Shown: piece after piece, positions 25,415 through 37,400 of the stretch
Position numbering within the stretch: the first letter of the stretch is position 1
Layout: each line of letters opens with the position of its first letter
From: Azolla caroliniana
Taxonomy: Eukaryota > Plantae > Polypodiophyta
Assembly: GCA_043228905.1 (NCBI GenBank)
Contig: JBHGNT010000009.1
Span: 6,758,001-6,822,000 of the forward strand
DNA length: 64,000 nucleotides
Reading direction: 5' to 3'
Program-made: the position numbers and the translations under genes
Notes under the pieces: model-generated
Databases searched by the model: none
What the model was told of the DNA's origin: nothing
Seen by the model: the letters and a program-made list of their open reading frames with translations, nothing else

Positions 25415-28400
25415 TGTTGAGAATCAAGCTCAACTTGTGTGAACATGTGCTTATGAAGAAAATGACAATGTATGAAAAAGTGTGTGAGCACACTTTATTG
25501 TAATCTATGTAGTTGTCGAGTGTTAGTGCGGTCAAAGAATATTAGATATTCTTATGACAAAATCGTACTCAAGTGGATATCTTGGTTAGATTCCACCAAC
25601 ACATTTAATAGGGTAGTCTCTTGAGGACTTGTATATAAAACCCCCTTTGGCCATTCAATTTAGTTGATGATCTTTAGATAATTAATATAGCTCTCTTAAG
25701 TGCATAAGTTGTTATCCCCCTACTGTGTTGTCTTATTTTTATGGTTATTCTCTATAATTCCTTCTCTTGCTAATACATTCGCTCTCTCTCACACACACAC
25801 ACACACTACGCTCCTGAATACTAAACTCTACTAGAGTTAGACTCTTTACATGGTATCAGAGCGTGAGGGTTAGAGATCCTTTAATGAGCTCTACCATTGA
25901 AACTGTGTGAGCAGCTAGAGATGTTGTTTTAAAACTTGCTATTGTCGCTGTAGTTTTGCACAGCAAGAGGCTCACCTTAACAGGATCATACAAATCAAGC
26001 TAAATCAGAAAAATGAATGCACAGATGGGTAGCACACTTCCAACAGAGAAGTTGGACAGGCACAACTACGCATCTTGGGAATATAAGACGCATCAATACT
26101 TAGTTGGGCAAGGGTATTGGAGTTATATCGAGGGAGCTCAAGAAACAGCCCTCGATAACACAAATCCCAACTACCCCACATGGCAACAAGGCACCAGTAG
26201 GGTGATATATTGTTTGGCAACATGTGTGCACAATCACATGTTAAGCTATATTCGTGATGCGAAATCCTCGACAGAAGCGTGGAAGAACTTGAAGATTTTC
26301 GCGGCTTCAACCATAGTGAGAAAACTTCAACTCCGGCAGGAGTTGAACAATATTCCACAGGGGCATATGTCCGTGACGGACTATACCCTCTGGATCAAAG
26401 ACTTATGTGATTCACTTGGCTCCATCAATGTCGCAATTGATGATGACGAGATGGTGCATATCTACCTTGGCTGCCTCACACAAAAATATGGCTCATTTCG
26501 AAGTGCCATAACAACAAGGGAAAACCCCCCAAGCTTTTTCGACTTGCAATCCATGCTAATGGTTGAGGAGAACCATACACGGTCGAAAAGCACGACATCT
26601 GATGGGCAGATGCTATATACACATGATGATCTCAATCGAGGTCACGGTCATGGTCGTGGAAATTGGGGGAGGAATGGCCGAGGAGAGGTGAACGACGTCC
26701 ACAACAGTTTAATTCCATGCAACAAGAAGGTCGAAACAACCGAGGGAATTCCGGCAAAAAGGGGAGCTTCCACCAACCTACATCAACCAGGCAGAACCAA
26801 CAAACCAAGTGCTGGTATTGTGGAAAGCCTGGCCACTTTGAAGCCAAGTGTCAGAAGAAGAAGAATGACTCAGTTGCCTCACCCCGACAACAAACAAACC
26901 ATGTTGTGATGGCTGACCTAGAAAACAAAGCGTCGATGTTTGTTATGCAACACAGGGGGAATAACATGATAACAAGTGTTTCCCAACCTGATGTTGTATG
27001 GTTTATGGACTCAGGTGCCTCAAATCACATGACAAGTCATCAAGAATGGTTCATTAATTTGAGGGAACCCGAGAGACCCAGCGTGGTGGAGACCGGTGAT
27101 GACTCCACACACATGATTGAGCACATTGGAGATGTGGCCCTTAACAATCACAACAACAAGGGCTACATGAAGGATGTATTGCATGTCCTGACAATCACAA
27201 AGAATTTGGTCTCGGTTGGCCAAATTGTCGAACAAGGAATGCAAGTACGATTCAACCAGGAAGGTTGCTTCATCGAGGATAAAGGCCAACTTATCGCTCA
27301 TGCAAGAAGAGACGGTCGCATGTTGAATCTTGATGCAATTGAGGTGAACACAACAATGTAGGCAAAGGGACTCAAGGCAGAGTTTGATATTGAGTTGTGG
27401 CACAAAAGGGTTGGCCATGTAAACTTCGGTAAACTCCGATCAATGCAAACAAAAGGGGTTGTGCACAGATTGCCAATTACTTTGAAACATCCGGATAATG
27501 TATGTGAGGTGCGCCAACTAGGCAAGCAACATATGCATCCATTCCTAAGTGAAAGAAATGTGAGTAAAGGCTTGATGGACGTCATCCACTCAAATGTATG
27601 GGGCCCAGCTCAAACAACGACAATTGGTGGGTGTAGGTACTTCGTTACCTTCATTGACGACTATTCGCGGCATACCTGGATATGCCCGATGAAGTCGAAA
27701 AGTGAGGTCTTCTCCCACTTTCTCAAGTTAAAGAATTGCGTGGAAAATGAGACAAATCGTAAGATTCGATGCTTACGGTCTGATGGTGGCCAGGAATACT
27801 TCTCAACTGAGTTCAAGGCCTTTCTAGAAGAGAAGGGGATTTGCCAAGAATTCTCTTGCCGGTACACACCATAGCAAAATGGTGTTGCTGAACAGAAGAA
27901 TCGCACAATTCTTGAGATGGCCCGCACCATGCTGCATGAGAAGAACATGCCCAAGATCTATTGGGCAGAAGTAGCAGTTATGACTGTGTCTCTCATCAAT
28001 AGGTGCACGATCGAGGGTGTCCATGGCATCACCCCTCACGAGAAGTATTTTGGGACAAAGCTAGAACTTTCACACTTGAAGGTTTTTGGCAGCATTGCAT
28101 TTGTGCATGTACCCGATGAGAAGCGGAGAAAGCTTGACCCAAAATCGAAGAAGATGATCTTTGTCGGTTACTCACTTGAGCAAAAGGGTTACAAGTGTTT
28201 TAACCGCATCACTCGACAATCACGAGTAAGCCGAGATGTGGTATTTGATGAGGTGACATCATGGTATGGCCCAACATCAGTGACCCCCACCGTGTTCGAA
28301 ACAAGCAGATCTGGAGCAGATTCTCAGAGTGAAGAAGAAGAGATGCTAACGACCATTATGGGTGGGGAACCAGCAAAGAGTCTACCCACACTCCAACTGG

Positions 28401-31012
28401 ACTTGAGGTGTCATCCAGCAATCAGAGTCTTGCGCAGCATGAAAAAACCTCTGATGTGCTGTCACCTTTGTGCTACACCCGTAGAAAGAAAAAAAAGGGC
28501 AAGATGCCTGAGCAAGTGGCCAAGGACATGACATCCAGTGAAGGCTCAGATCATTCACCCCGATCAGTCCACATCAAGTATGAAATGAAGAAGGCCCTGG
28601 AAATGACCAAAGGAAAACTCCGTCAATCGAACTGACAAAACAGCCCGATAGTTAGGTTCGGGTACAATGAGTACATGGCCCACTACTATGCATTCATGAT
28701 AAAGGTCACAACAAACCAAGAACCCGAGACTTACAAAGAAGCTACCCAAGATCCCCGGTGGATCAAGGCAATGAGGGAAGAGATGCGCGCGTTGTTTGAC
28801 AACAATACTTGGGATTTAGTCCCATCCTCTAAAATCAAGAGAAAGCCAATTGGTTGCCACTGGGTGTTCAAAATAAAGCACAATACGGATGGCACGGTCT
28901 ATCGGTTCAAGGCTTGGCTAGTCACCAAAGGGTATGCTCAAACCCATGGCATAGACTATGAGACATTTGCCCCAGTGGCAAAAATGACCATTGTGAGGAC
29001 AGTAATTGCTCTCGCAGCAGTGAAAGGATGGCACTTGCATCAAATGGATGTGAAGAACGCATTTCTCCAAGGTGAGCTCGAGGAGGAAGTTTACATGATG
29101 CAGCCACTTGGCTTCGAATCAAACAAACATCCACATGCAGTTTGCTGATTGAAGAAGCCGCTCTATGGACTGAAGCAAGCCCCAAGAGCATGGCATTCAA
29201 AGATCACACCATATCTTCACAACATTGGCTTCCGGATGTCAAAATCTGATAACTTGTTGTATGTTCAAAACAATCCCAAAACCCCCATCTTCTTAATCTT
29301 GTATGTCGATGACCTTGTCATCGGTGGAGAAAGCCTCACTGAGACACAAAAGATTAAAAAGCTGCTTTTGTAGAAGTTCAAGATGAAGGATCTGAATGAC
29401 TTACATTATTTTCTCGGCATCGAGGTCATTCAAACTCTAGAAGGGTTCCTACTCTCACAACGACACTATGTGTTGAACTTGCTCTACAAGTTCGGAATGA
29501 CCGAGTGTAAGTCCATCTCAACACCCCTTGATCGAAATATGAAGCTAACAGCAGATTCTGGAAAATTCTGTGAGCCAACACAGTATCGCCAAATAATTGG
29601 GAGTCTTATCTACTTAACTATCACCCGACCAAACCTCAGCTATCCGGTCAGGGTTCTTAGCCAGTTCATGGAAACCCCCCACGACACTCACATGGATTGA
29701 GCTAAGCGAGTGTTACGTTATATTAGTGGAACACTTAATTATGGTATCTTCTATAAACATGGAGCACCCCTTTGACTTGAAGGCTTCACGAATGCTGATT
29801 GGGCCGACAATGCATTTGATAGGCAATCCAGTTCAAGATTTACGTTTTCACTCGGTAGTGGAGCAATCTCTTGGAGCAGCAAGAAACAACCAATGGTCGC
29901 TCTATCGAGCACTGAGGCGGAGTATAGGGTTGTAGTTGTAGCTGCTTGCGAAGCTATATGGCTTAAAAAACTGCTGAAAGACTTCAACGAATTGGTGAAC
30001 AAGAAAATACTGATCCACTGCGATTATCTCAGTAGCATCCAGCTTGCAAAGAATCCGGTGTTTCACGCCCGGACTAAGCACATCCAGGTGCACTATCATT
30101 ACATACGTGAGCGCATATTCGTTGATGACATTGACCTCCAATACGTTGGCACCAACATGCAAGTGGCTGATATTTTCACTAAGCCACTAGGTCTCAACAA
30201 GCTACAACAATTCTCACTTGATCTAGGCCTTATACCACTCGATATGCTGAGCTTGGGGGAGAGTAAAAGTACAAAGACGAAGGAAAACATGGATAATCAG
30301 CACCATACAAGAAGAAGAATGAGACCAGCATTGGCAAAGTAAGGCCGACACATCTAATCCGACTTGACCTGGCAAGTTAGAGGAAGACTTTCCAAAGCCC
30401 AGAATTTTTGAAGCTCAAAATTATGGATTGGCAAGATCGACATTGCTAGATCAAGATCGAGTACATAGGAACAATGGGAAAACCATAGTCTAGTAGTCCG
30501 ACCAACTGCAGTTGGATCTTCAACTACACCAAGACAACCAAGCTTAAGAGGACGCACAATTGACCTTGAGGGGGCGTGTTGAGAATCAAGCTCAACTTGT
30601 GTGAACATGTGCTTATGAAGAAAAGGACAATGTATGAAAAAGTGTGTGAGCACACTTTATTGTAATCCGTGTAGTTGTCGAGTGTTAGTGTGGTCAAAGA
30701 ATATTAGATATTCTTATGACAAAATCATACTCAAGTGGATATCTTGGTTAGATTCCACTAACACATTTAATAGGGCAGTCCCTTGAGGACTTGTATATAA
30801 AACCCCCTTTGGCCATTCAGTTTAGTTGATGATCCTTAGATAATTAATATAGCTCTCTTAAGTGCATAAGTTGTCATCCCCCTATTGTGTGTTTTCTTAT
30901 TTTTCTAGTTATTCTCTGTAATTCCCTCTCTTGCTTATACATTCACTCTCTCTCACACACACACACACTACACTTCTGAATGCTAAACTCTACTAGAGTT
31001 AGATTCTTTACA
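25415..31012 (+). mobile_element. full-length decayed Ty1/copia LTR retrotransposon
   Basis: 436-bp LTRs 25415-25850 and 30577-31012 (TG...CA); PBS TGGTATCAGAGC at 25851; PPT TGAGGGGGCG before 30577; imperfect TSD GGACG/AGACA. Confidence 0.96.
26013..30260 (+). pseudogene. copia gag-pol with stops and frameshifts
   Basis: TEKLDRHNYASW gag, CWYCGKPGHFEAKC, WFMDSGASNHM, FIDDYSR..LRSDGGQEY, LYVDD, ARTKHIQVHYH, QVADIFTKPL. Confidence 0.93.
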
Positions 31013-31939
31013 AGACACAAGGATGATATGCATTAGTAACGATCATAGAATGTAATAAACATTGTCGCGGAAATCCGCGAGTACGTGTCGGCTTGGGCAG
31101 GACCACGGGGGTCTTTGACTAGGGAGTAGAGGGGAAATGGGAGCTTATCCCTTACGACCTTCGAGCTCAAAAGGGGAGGAGAAAGAAGAAGAGATTAACA
31201 CGATAAAGAAATAGAAGGAGACAAGGTTCAACAAACAAATTACACTATAAGGCGTGAAAGCCATGATATGATTACAACTGCAGCCATAAGCCGAACTCAA
31301 GCACAAATTAAAGAAAACCCAAGCGAATAGGAAGAAGAACTAAACCCTAATTGAGAGAAAGGAAATTATACAAAAGGAGAGCCTAAAACCAAAACCCTAA
31401 AACGAAACAGGGGAAAAGGTGATAAAGAAAACCCTAACAGTCTACCTCTAACAACAAAATGGCGACCCAAAGAAACCCAAAAAGTGGAAGCCCCTAAAAA
31501 ATGACCCCTCACTCCCTTTTATAGTAGTAAGGGGCGAGGCACATTACATAAAGAAGAGGTCAAATCCCCCTTCTTCAATGGGGGAATATTTGGCCTTGAT
31601 CTTAGGAGGAGAGATTGATGGGGTCTTAACTCCATCTCCTCTCACATTCACACACACCCACACCCTCTACTTATTACACCGTATTCCATGCACTCCCCTT
31701 TAGTCTACATGTGCGTGAGCCCCTAAGTACACATCACCTTTATATTTCACAAACTTTGTGGTGCCCTTTTAGTACCTTAGATTTTTACCCTTCCCTTTAC
31801 ATTTTGTTACTTATTCCTATTTTACAAATTCCCTAAGTGTAGAGGGGAAGAAGAAGAAGTGAATTTGTTTTTGTTGTTGTGCTCTCTATCGGCAACGAAA
31901 TTGGGCATAAAGCCAAGCGTTAGAAAACCTTAGCGCCCT

Positions 31940-33028
31940 CACTTTAGAATACCACTTCCTAAAATTCAACAACCAAATTTATCAACAGATAAAATGAACA
32001 GCCATGGGCAGTAATTTTCATGTTGTCTACGCATGTCTCTTCCTCTCATATCTAGAAAATTCCAATCCATCACCCCACTTTAGAATACCACTTCCTAAAA
32101 TTCAACAACCAAATTTATCAATAGATAAAAGGAACAGCCATGGGTAGTAATTTTCCTGTTGTCTACGCATGTCTCTTCCTCTCATATCTAGAAAATTCCA
32201 ATCCATCACCCCACTTTTTCTATTTCACTACGTATATTGATGATGCCTTTGGCGTCTTGATTGGTACTAAACCCCAACTTTTCAAATACCTAAACTTCTA
32301 TAATAACACTACTCAAAACTCTATCAAACTAACCATACATACTTCTTACACGAAATTACCCTTTTTAGACTTGTGGATTAACTTAGATAATAATAGATTC
32401 ACTTTTAATTGCTTTCAAAAAACACTTAATACATATCATACATCACTTATTCCTCCAATCACCCTCTCCATGTTAAAAATAGTCTCATTTCGAATGAACT
32501 AAAAAGATATATGGTTAGAGAAAGCACATCCCAAGGTTATTTAAATATGCAAAAGAAATTCTTTACGAGACTTAGGGCTCGAGGTTATCCCACACATTTT
32601 ATTCTAAAGAACTTTAGAAAACACCCTTACTCCCTTCGACACACTCTCCTCTTCAAAGAAAAAACCAAAAAAACCACCCCACCCATTATCTTTAAACTTA
32701 GATATACTCGTTATACCCCCACACTAATTATCAAAGAAATACTCACTAGCCAACACTTTGATATCCAATTAGATCCCCAACTACAACATATCCCTAAACC
32801 CATTATCTATTGGACAAAATCCAAAAACCTCCATTCCCTTCTAGTCAAAACTAAAAACATCCTACACCACCCATAAACATATTTTCTCACCCTTCATTTA
32901 ATCTATCCCCCTTCCTTGTTCCTCTCTCCTTCCCCCTTACTACTATTTACTAGTCACACACATCCCCCTTTTCCCCTTCCCTCATATTTATACCCCCACT
33001 TTCATTCCCTTATATCTCACTAAAATCC

Positions 33029-33083
<55 letters not shown>

Positions 33084-33610
33084 CCTTACTACTATTTTAT
33101 ATCTTCACTCTTTCCTTCTTCTTTTCTCTCTCCCCTTTTTTCTCCCTTCCCTCTCCCCTCTACCTCTCACTACCTTTTTATACACACTCTCTCTTCCCTC
33201 TTTTCCCTCAACCCTCACCCCAACACATCTTACTAACTTCCCCTTTTTTCCCCTTCCTTTCCCTTCTTTTATTTTCACCTTCTCACCATCTCTGTTTATG
33301 TACTTATAATTACACACCCTAATACTCATTCATTTCCCCTTATCACTCAATCCCACTAACTCATCTGTCTTATCACCCTATCAATCTTCCTATCAATAGT
33401 TCATTTTCCCCTTTATCACTACCCCCCTATCATCAAGATCTTTCACCTTAAATCCTTACAACCCTCCATTTATTTACACTCTTATTACACCCCACTCACT
33501 ATGATTATACTTTCCCTCTTTCTCCTCCCTTCCCCATCCTCAACATCCTATATAAACCACCTTTTGCACTGATGAGCTCTAAGCGAGTGAAACTAGTTTG
33601 CTGCATAAGG
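31940..33610 (+). mobile_element. 5'-truncated Penelope-like retroelement (RT C-half and thumb, 3' UTR with hammerhead)
   Basis: KGTAMGSNF..YACLFL, YIDDAF, LPFLDLWI, FFTRLRARGYP, KSKNLHSLLVKTK; 136-bp tandem duplication at the 5' end (31940 and 32076); pyrimidine-rich 3' UTR. Confidence 0.85.
33565..33605 (+). ncRNA. minimal type I hammerhead ribozyme
   Basis: TGCA-CTGATGA-GCTC(TAAGC)GAGT-GAAA-CTAGTT-TGCTGCA: core boxes CUGAUGA and GAAA, stem II, palindromic mini stem III (AACTAGTT), stem I TGCA/TGCA. Confidence 0.75.
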
Positions 33611-33642
33611 TCTTTCCTTTCATTTTAATGAAATTTTCTTGA

Positions 33643-33644
<2 letters not shown>

Positions 33645-33695
<51 letters not shown>
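33645..33695. repeat. (CT)n microsatellite (another at ~33033-33080)
   Basis: direct inspection. Confidence 0.95.
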
Positions 33696-33699
<4 letters not shown>

Positions 33700-34436
33700 A
33701 CCTCAATGCTCAGAATCTCTTCTTTTCCTATTACATTATCTACCATATCACAAAGTCGCTCGCACTCCTTGCTACAACCGAACGGTTAACAAAAAAAACT
33801 TGAATGTAATCGTGAAAGGGAAGACATTGGAAGCTCTAAGAGGTTTAAGGGTATTGAGGAAATTAATGAGAAAAAATTGACATATGCCGAAGTAATACAT
33901 GTAGATGAGGTTGACAAGGATCATTGTAATTGGGATAATTTATAGGGAATTGTCAATACCTTGTTGTTTGATATTGTGGAAAAAAATGAAAATGATGTGA
34001 AAGAATGCATTGATGAGGATGTGCATGATGTGGAAGTTGATGCTAAGGCAGTGTTGCAATCTTTTGATGTATTCTATGATTGTGCAATTATATTATTTTT
34101 TACCGAGAAACTCTCATACATTAATTGGATAAACAATGGTTGAACACAATCGTGTCACCAAATTGTGTTAAAAATATATTTGCAAAATTCCAGATTCTCA
34201 GAGGAGGAGGTCATGACCTTCAAAGACTTGCCCACAGAAGCTTATGAGCTCGGTGTGATCTTGAAATACAACACGGCATACCAGCTCATTGACTTCCTAG
34301 CTTGCCTCCAAGTTGTTGCCGCGACACGCATGGCTCAAGATCATGCCGAACAATAGATGGTCGAGCAAACATTAGACAACGAGCTTGAATCAGATGAGGA
34401 GCCAAAGCTACAAAAAATTAGACGCAAGCACATCAC

Positions 34437-37400
34437 TGTGAAGGTTAGCGTGCAGAAGCATTCGACAAACCGGCTTAGCCGAATAGGAATACAAAAAGAG
34501 AGGAGGTTTAATGGAAGCTTAACAAGAGAATACGTGTGGGAGAGATAGAGAGAGCAGAACATAAACTCTATTTCAAAAACTCTATCACTCTGTACATACA
34601 ATGTGCTCAACAACGCTATTTATACAAGTCCTTGGAGGACTAACAGAATTACCATGTACTTCAATGCTCATACGAGCGACTGACACTAACTACGAGGACT
34701 CTGACTACCTAGTAGCCTAGACGTGTATAGGCTACTACTAGCCTTCTGGTTCACATTTGAATCCATCTCTCTGATCCGGCACCTGGTTCCGGATATCATC
34801 CAGATACCGATCTGGCTCAGGCTTATCTAGCCGATACGGATTTGGTTGAGCTTGTCCACTCAATACTCCCCCTCAAGCTCAACTTGAGGTCAGATCGTGG
34901 TGTTAGTGTCTATAGTAGACGGTCCTTCCATCCAGCTCCTTCTGGCGTCGTTCCGCCTTGCTCGCACTCCTCGTCCAATCCGGTCCCATTTCCCACGACC
35001 CATCCGGTTCTGCACACCTTGACCTTCTTGGTCGGCTTGTCTGCTCAGCATGCCCATCTTAGCTCCTTCGCTGCTATGACTTTGGTACTTGTCAACCCAT
35101 TGGTTCCTTCGTTTCAATGTCGACTTCCGTTGCCTTCTTGTCTGCTTGGCCTTTGGTTGATTCGGCGCCTCCGAATCTTGAACCAAATCGGCTTCCTCCT
35201 ATTCATTCCAGCTCTTGTCAGAATCAGTTGCCTCCGATTCGTTCCTGTTCTTGTCCGAGTTGATGATCTCCAACTCGTCTTCGTTTTTAGGCCCTTCACC
35301 ACATCGAACCATGTCCGGGTCTTGACCTTCTTTTGGTTGGCTCTGTCCTTCTTGACTTTACTGCCTCTGCCTCTTGCTCCGACTTGTTCGGATGTGTTGA
35401 CTCCTTTGGTCGGCTCGATTTCCTTTTTCTGCTTATCTCACCCTTTGGTTCTTTCTTCCTCTTCGGCTCCTTGTCTGGTGCCATCCGTTCCCGTTCCTTT
35501 TCTTGTTCTTCCCCTCAAGTGCGGCACATCGAGATGCTGAATGCCGAGCATCTCCGAAAAGTGCTGCAACTTCTCCGATCCAAGTGGCTTGGTGAAGATA
35601 TTGGCAACTTGCCGATCTGTTTGAACATACCTAAGTTCGACTTCACCGCTCAGGACCCGCTCACACACGAAGTGGTAATGCACTTCTATGTGCTTTGGCG
35701 AGTTGTATGCTGCATATGTTGTCGCAGTAGATCAGGATCGGGGTCGGTACCTCGATCCGAAGGTCTTGTAGCAATCGCCGAAGCCAGATGGCTTCACATG
35801 TGGCATTGGTAGTGCCTCGATATTCAGCCTCAGTGCTCGACAGAGCCACTATTGGCTGCTCCACACAACAGTCGCGCCACCAAGAGAAAACATGAAATCG
35901 GAGGTGGATCGGCAGTCCGATGCATCAATAGCACAGATGTATGTATCCGACTAGCTCTTCAGCTATACCATGTCGGTATAACAGTCCACGGTCCTTCATG
36001 CCACTCGCATATCACAATAGTCGATGCGCGCATTGAAGGTGCTCCACGGTTGGCTTTTGCATAATCTAGTTGATCACCCCGACTGGATAACTGATGTCGG
36101 GTCCAGTGATCGTCAAGTATATAAGGCTTTTGACAATTTGTCAGAACTATTTCTCATTGCACGTCGGTCCAGAGTCGGAACGGAGCTTCAGGCTCCAGTC
36201 CAGGGGTGTAAAGATCGATCGGCATTGAGTCATGTCGAACTTGTATGCACTTCCGCCACCTTAGTCATGTATGCATAATGATGCGCCATGTACTCATTGT
36301 ACCCGTACCTCTTAACGAGGTTCTTCGGGCGGGAAGACCGGCGTAACTCGTCGTTACCCGGTTTGGGGCCCTTCTTGGCTGGCCCGGACTTCATTCCCTA
36401 TGATCCAACTGCTTCCTTTCCGGAGTCGGATTCACTCCAAACTAACCCTTCATTGCCGGTATCGTATTCCGACATCTTCTTCTTTCCCTTCTCTTTGTGT
36501 GTGAAGCGTCTCCTCAGTTCCTTGCACAGGGAGAGCACGACAGAGTCTCCACTAAACTTCGGCAATCCGAACACAACTTGTTTCAATTGCAAATCTTAAA
36601 GCCTCCGGTAGTTGACGTGGCCAATCCACTTGTGCTAGAGATCGATGCCTGATTCAATCTTCTGTCCTTTGGTAAACAAGGTGGTGCCGACGTTGTTGGT
36701 ATCGAGGATGAACATCCTCCCGTCTCTGTGCCCTTGCAATTATCTGGCCTTCTTCCTCGATGAAGCACCCGAGGTGCGTAAACCGCACCTGCATCCCCTG
36801 CTCGACAATTTGTCCAACCGACACCAGGTTCTTTGTGATAGTCAAAAGGTGTAGTACGTTCATCAGCTTCCCCCTTTGTCTGACATGGCTCAAAGGGCCT
36901 TCTCCAACATCCCCAATTGGGTGAGGAGTGTCGTCTCTGGTCTCGACAACTCCCAATTGTTCCAGTTTCTTTAAAAAGAAGAACCACTCTTCATGGCTCG
37001 TCATGTGGTTGGACACTCCAGAATCAACGTACCATACTTCCTCCGATTTGGAAATAGTCTTCTTCATCGAGTTAACCTTGTGCTTCATCATGAAAGTTGG
37101 CCCTTTACCGGTCTTCCCGGTTCCAGATCCTTTCGATGCTTCTGCATAGTGCGAGCTTTGCCAGTTTTCCTGACCGGCCTTGCCAGATCCGGATTTGTTT
37201 GAATCGGCATGCTTCTTCCAGCACTCGCTTTTCCGGTAGCCCTTTTTGCCACAATACCAGCATTCCGTGTTGGCTTTTCCTTTTCGGTTTCCAGTGCCGC
37301 TATGACTCCCCCTACTTGTGGAGGGTTCAGAACTACTGTTAACACTACTTGTGTGCCTACGAGGCTGATCTTCCTCCGTGTACAGCATCCGATTGTCCAA

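Noticed and set aside
34842-35540. 232-aa plus-strand ORF
   Set aside because: Antisense to the low-complexity 3' region of a copia, with no recognisable motif
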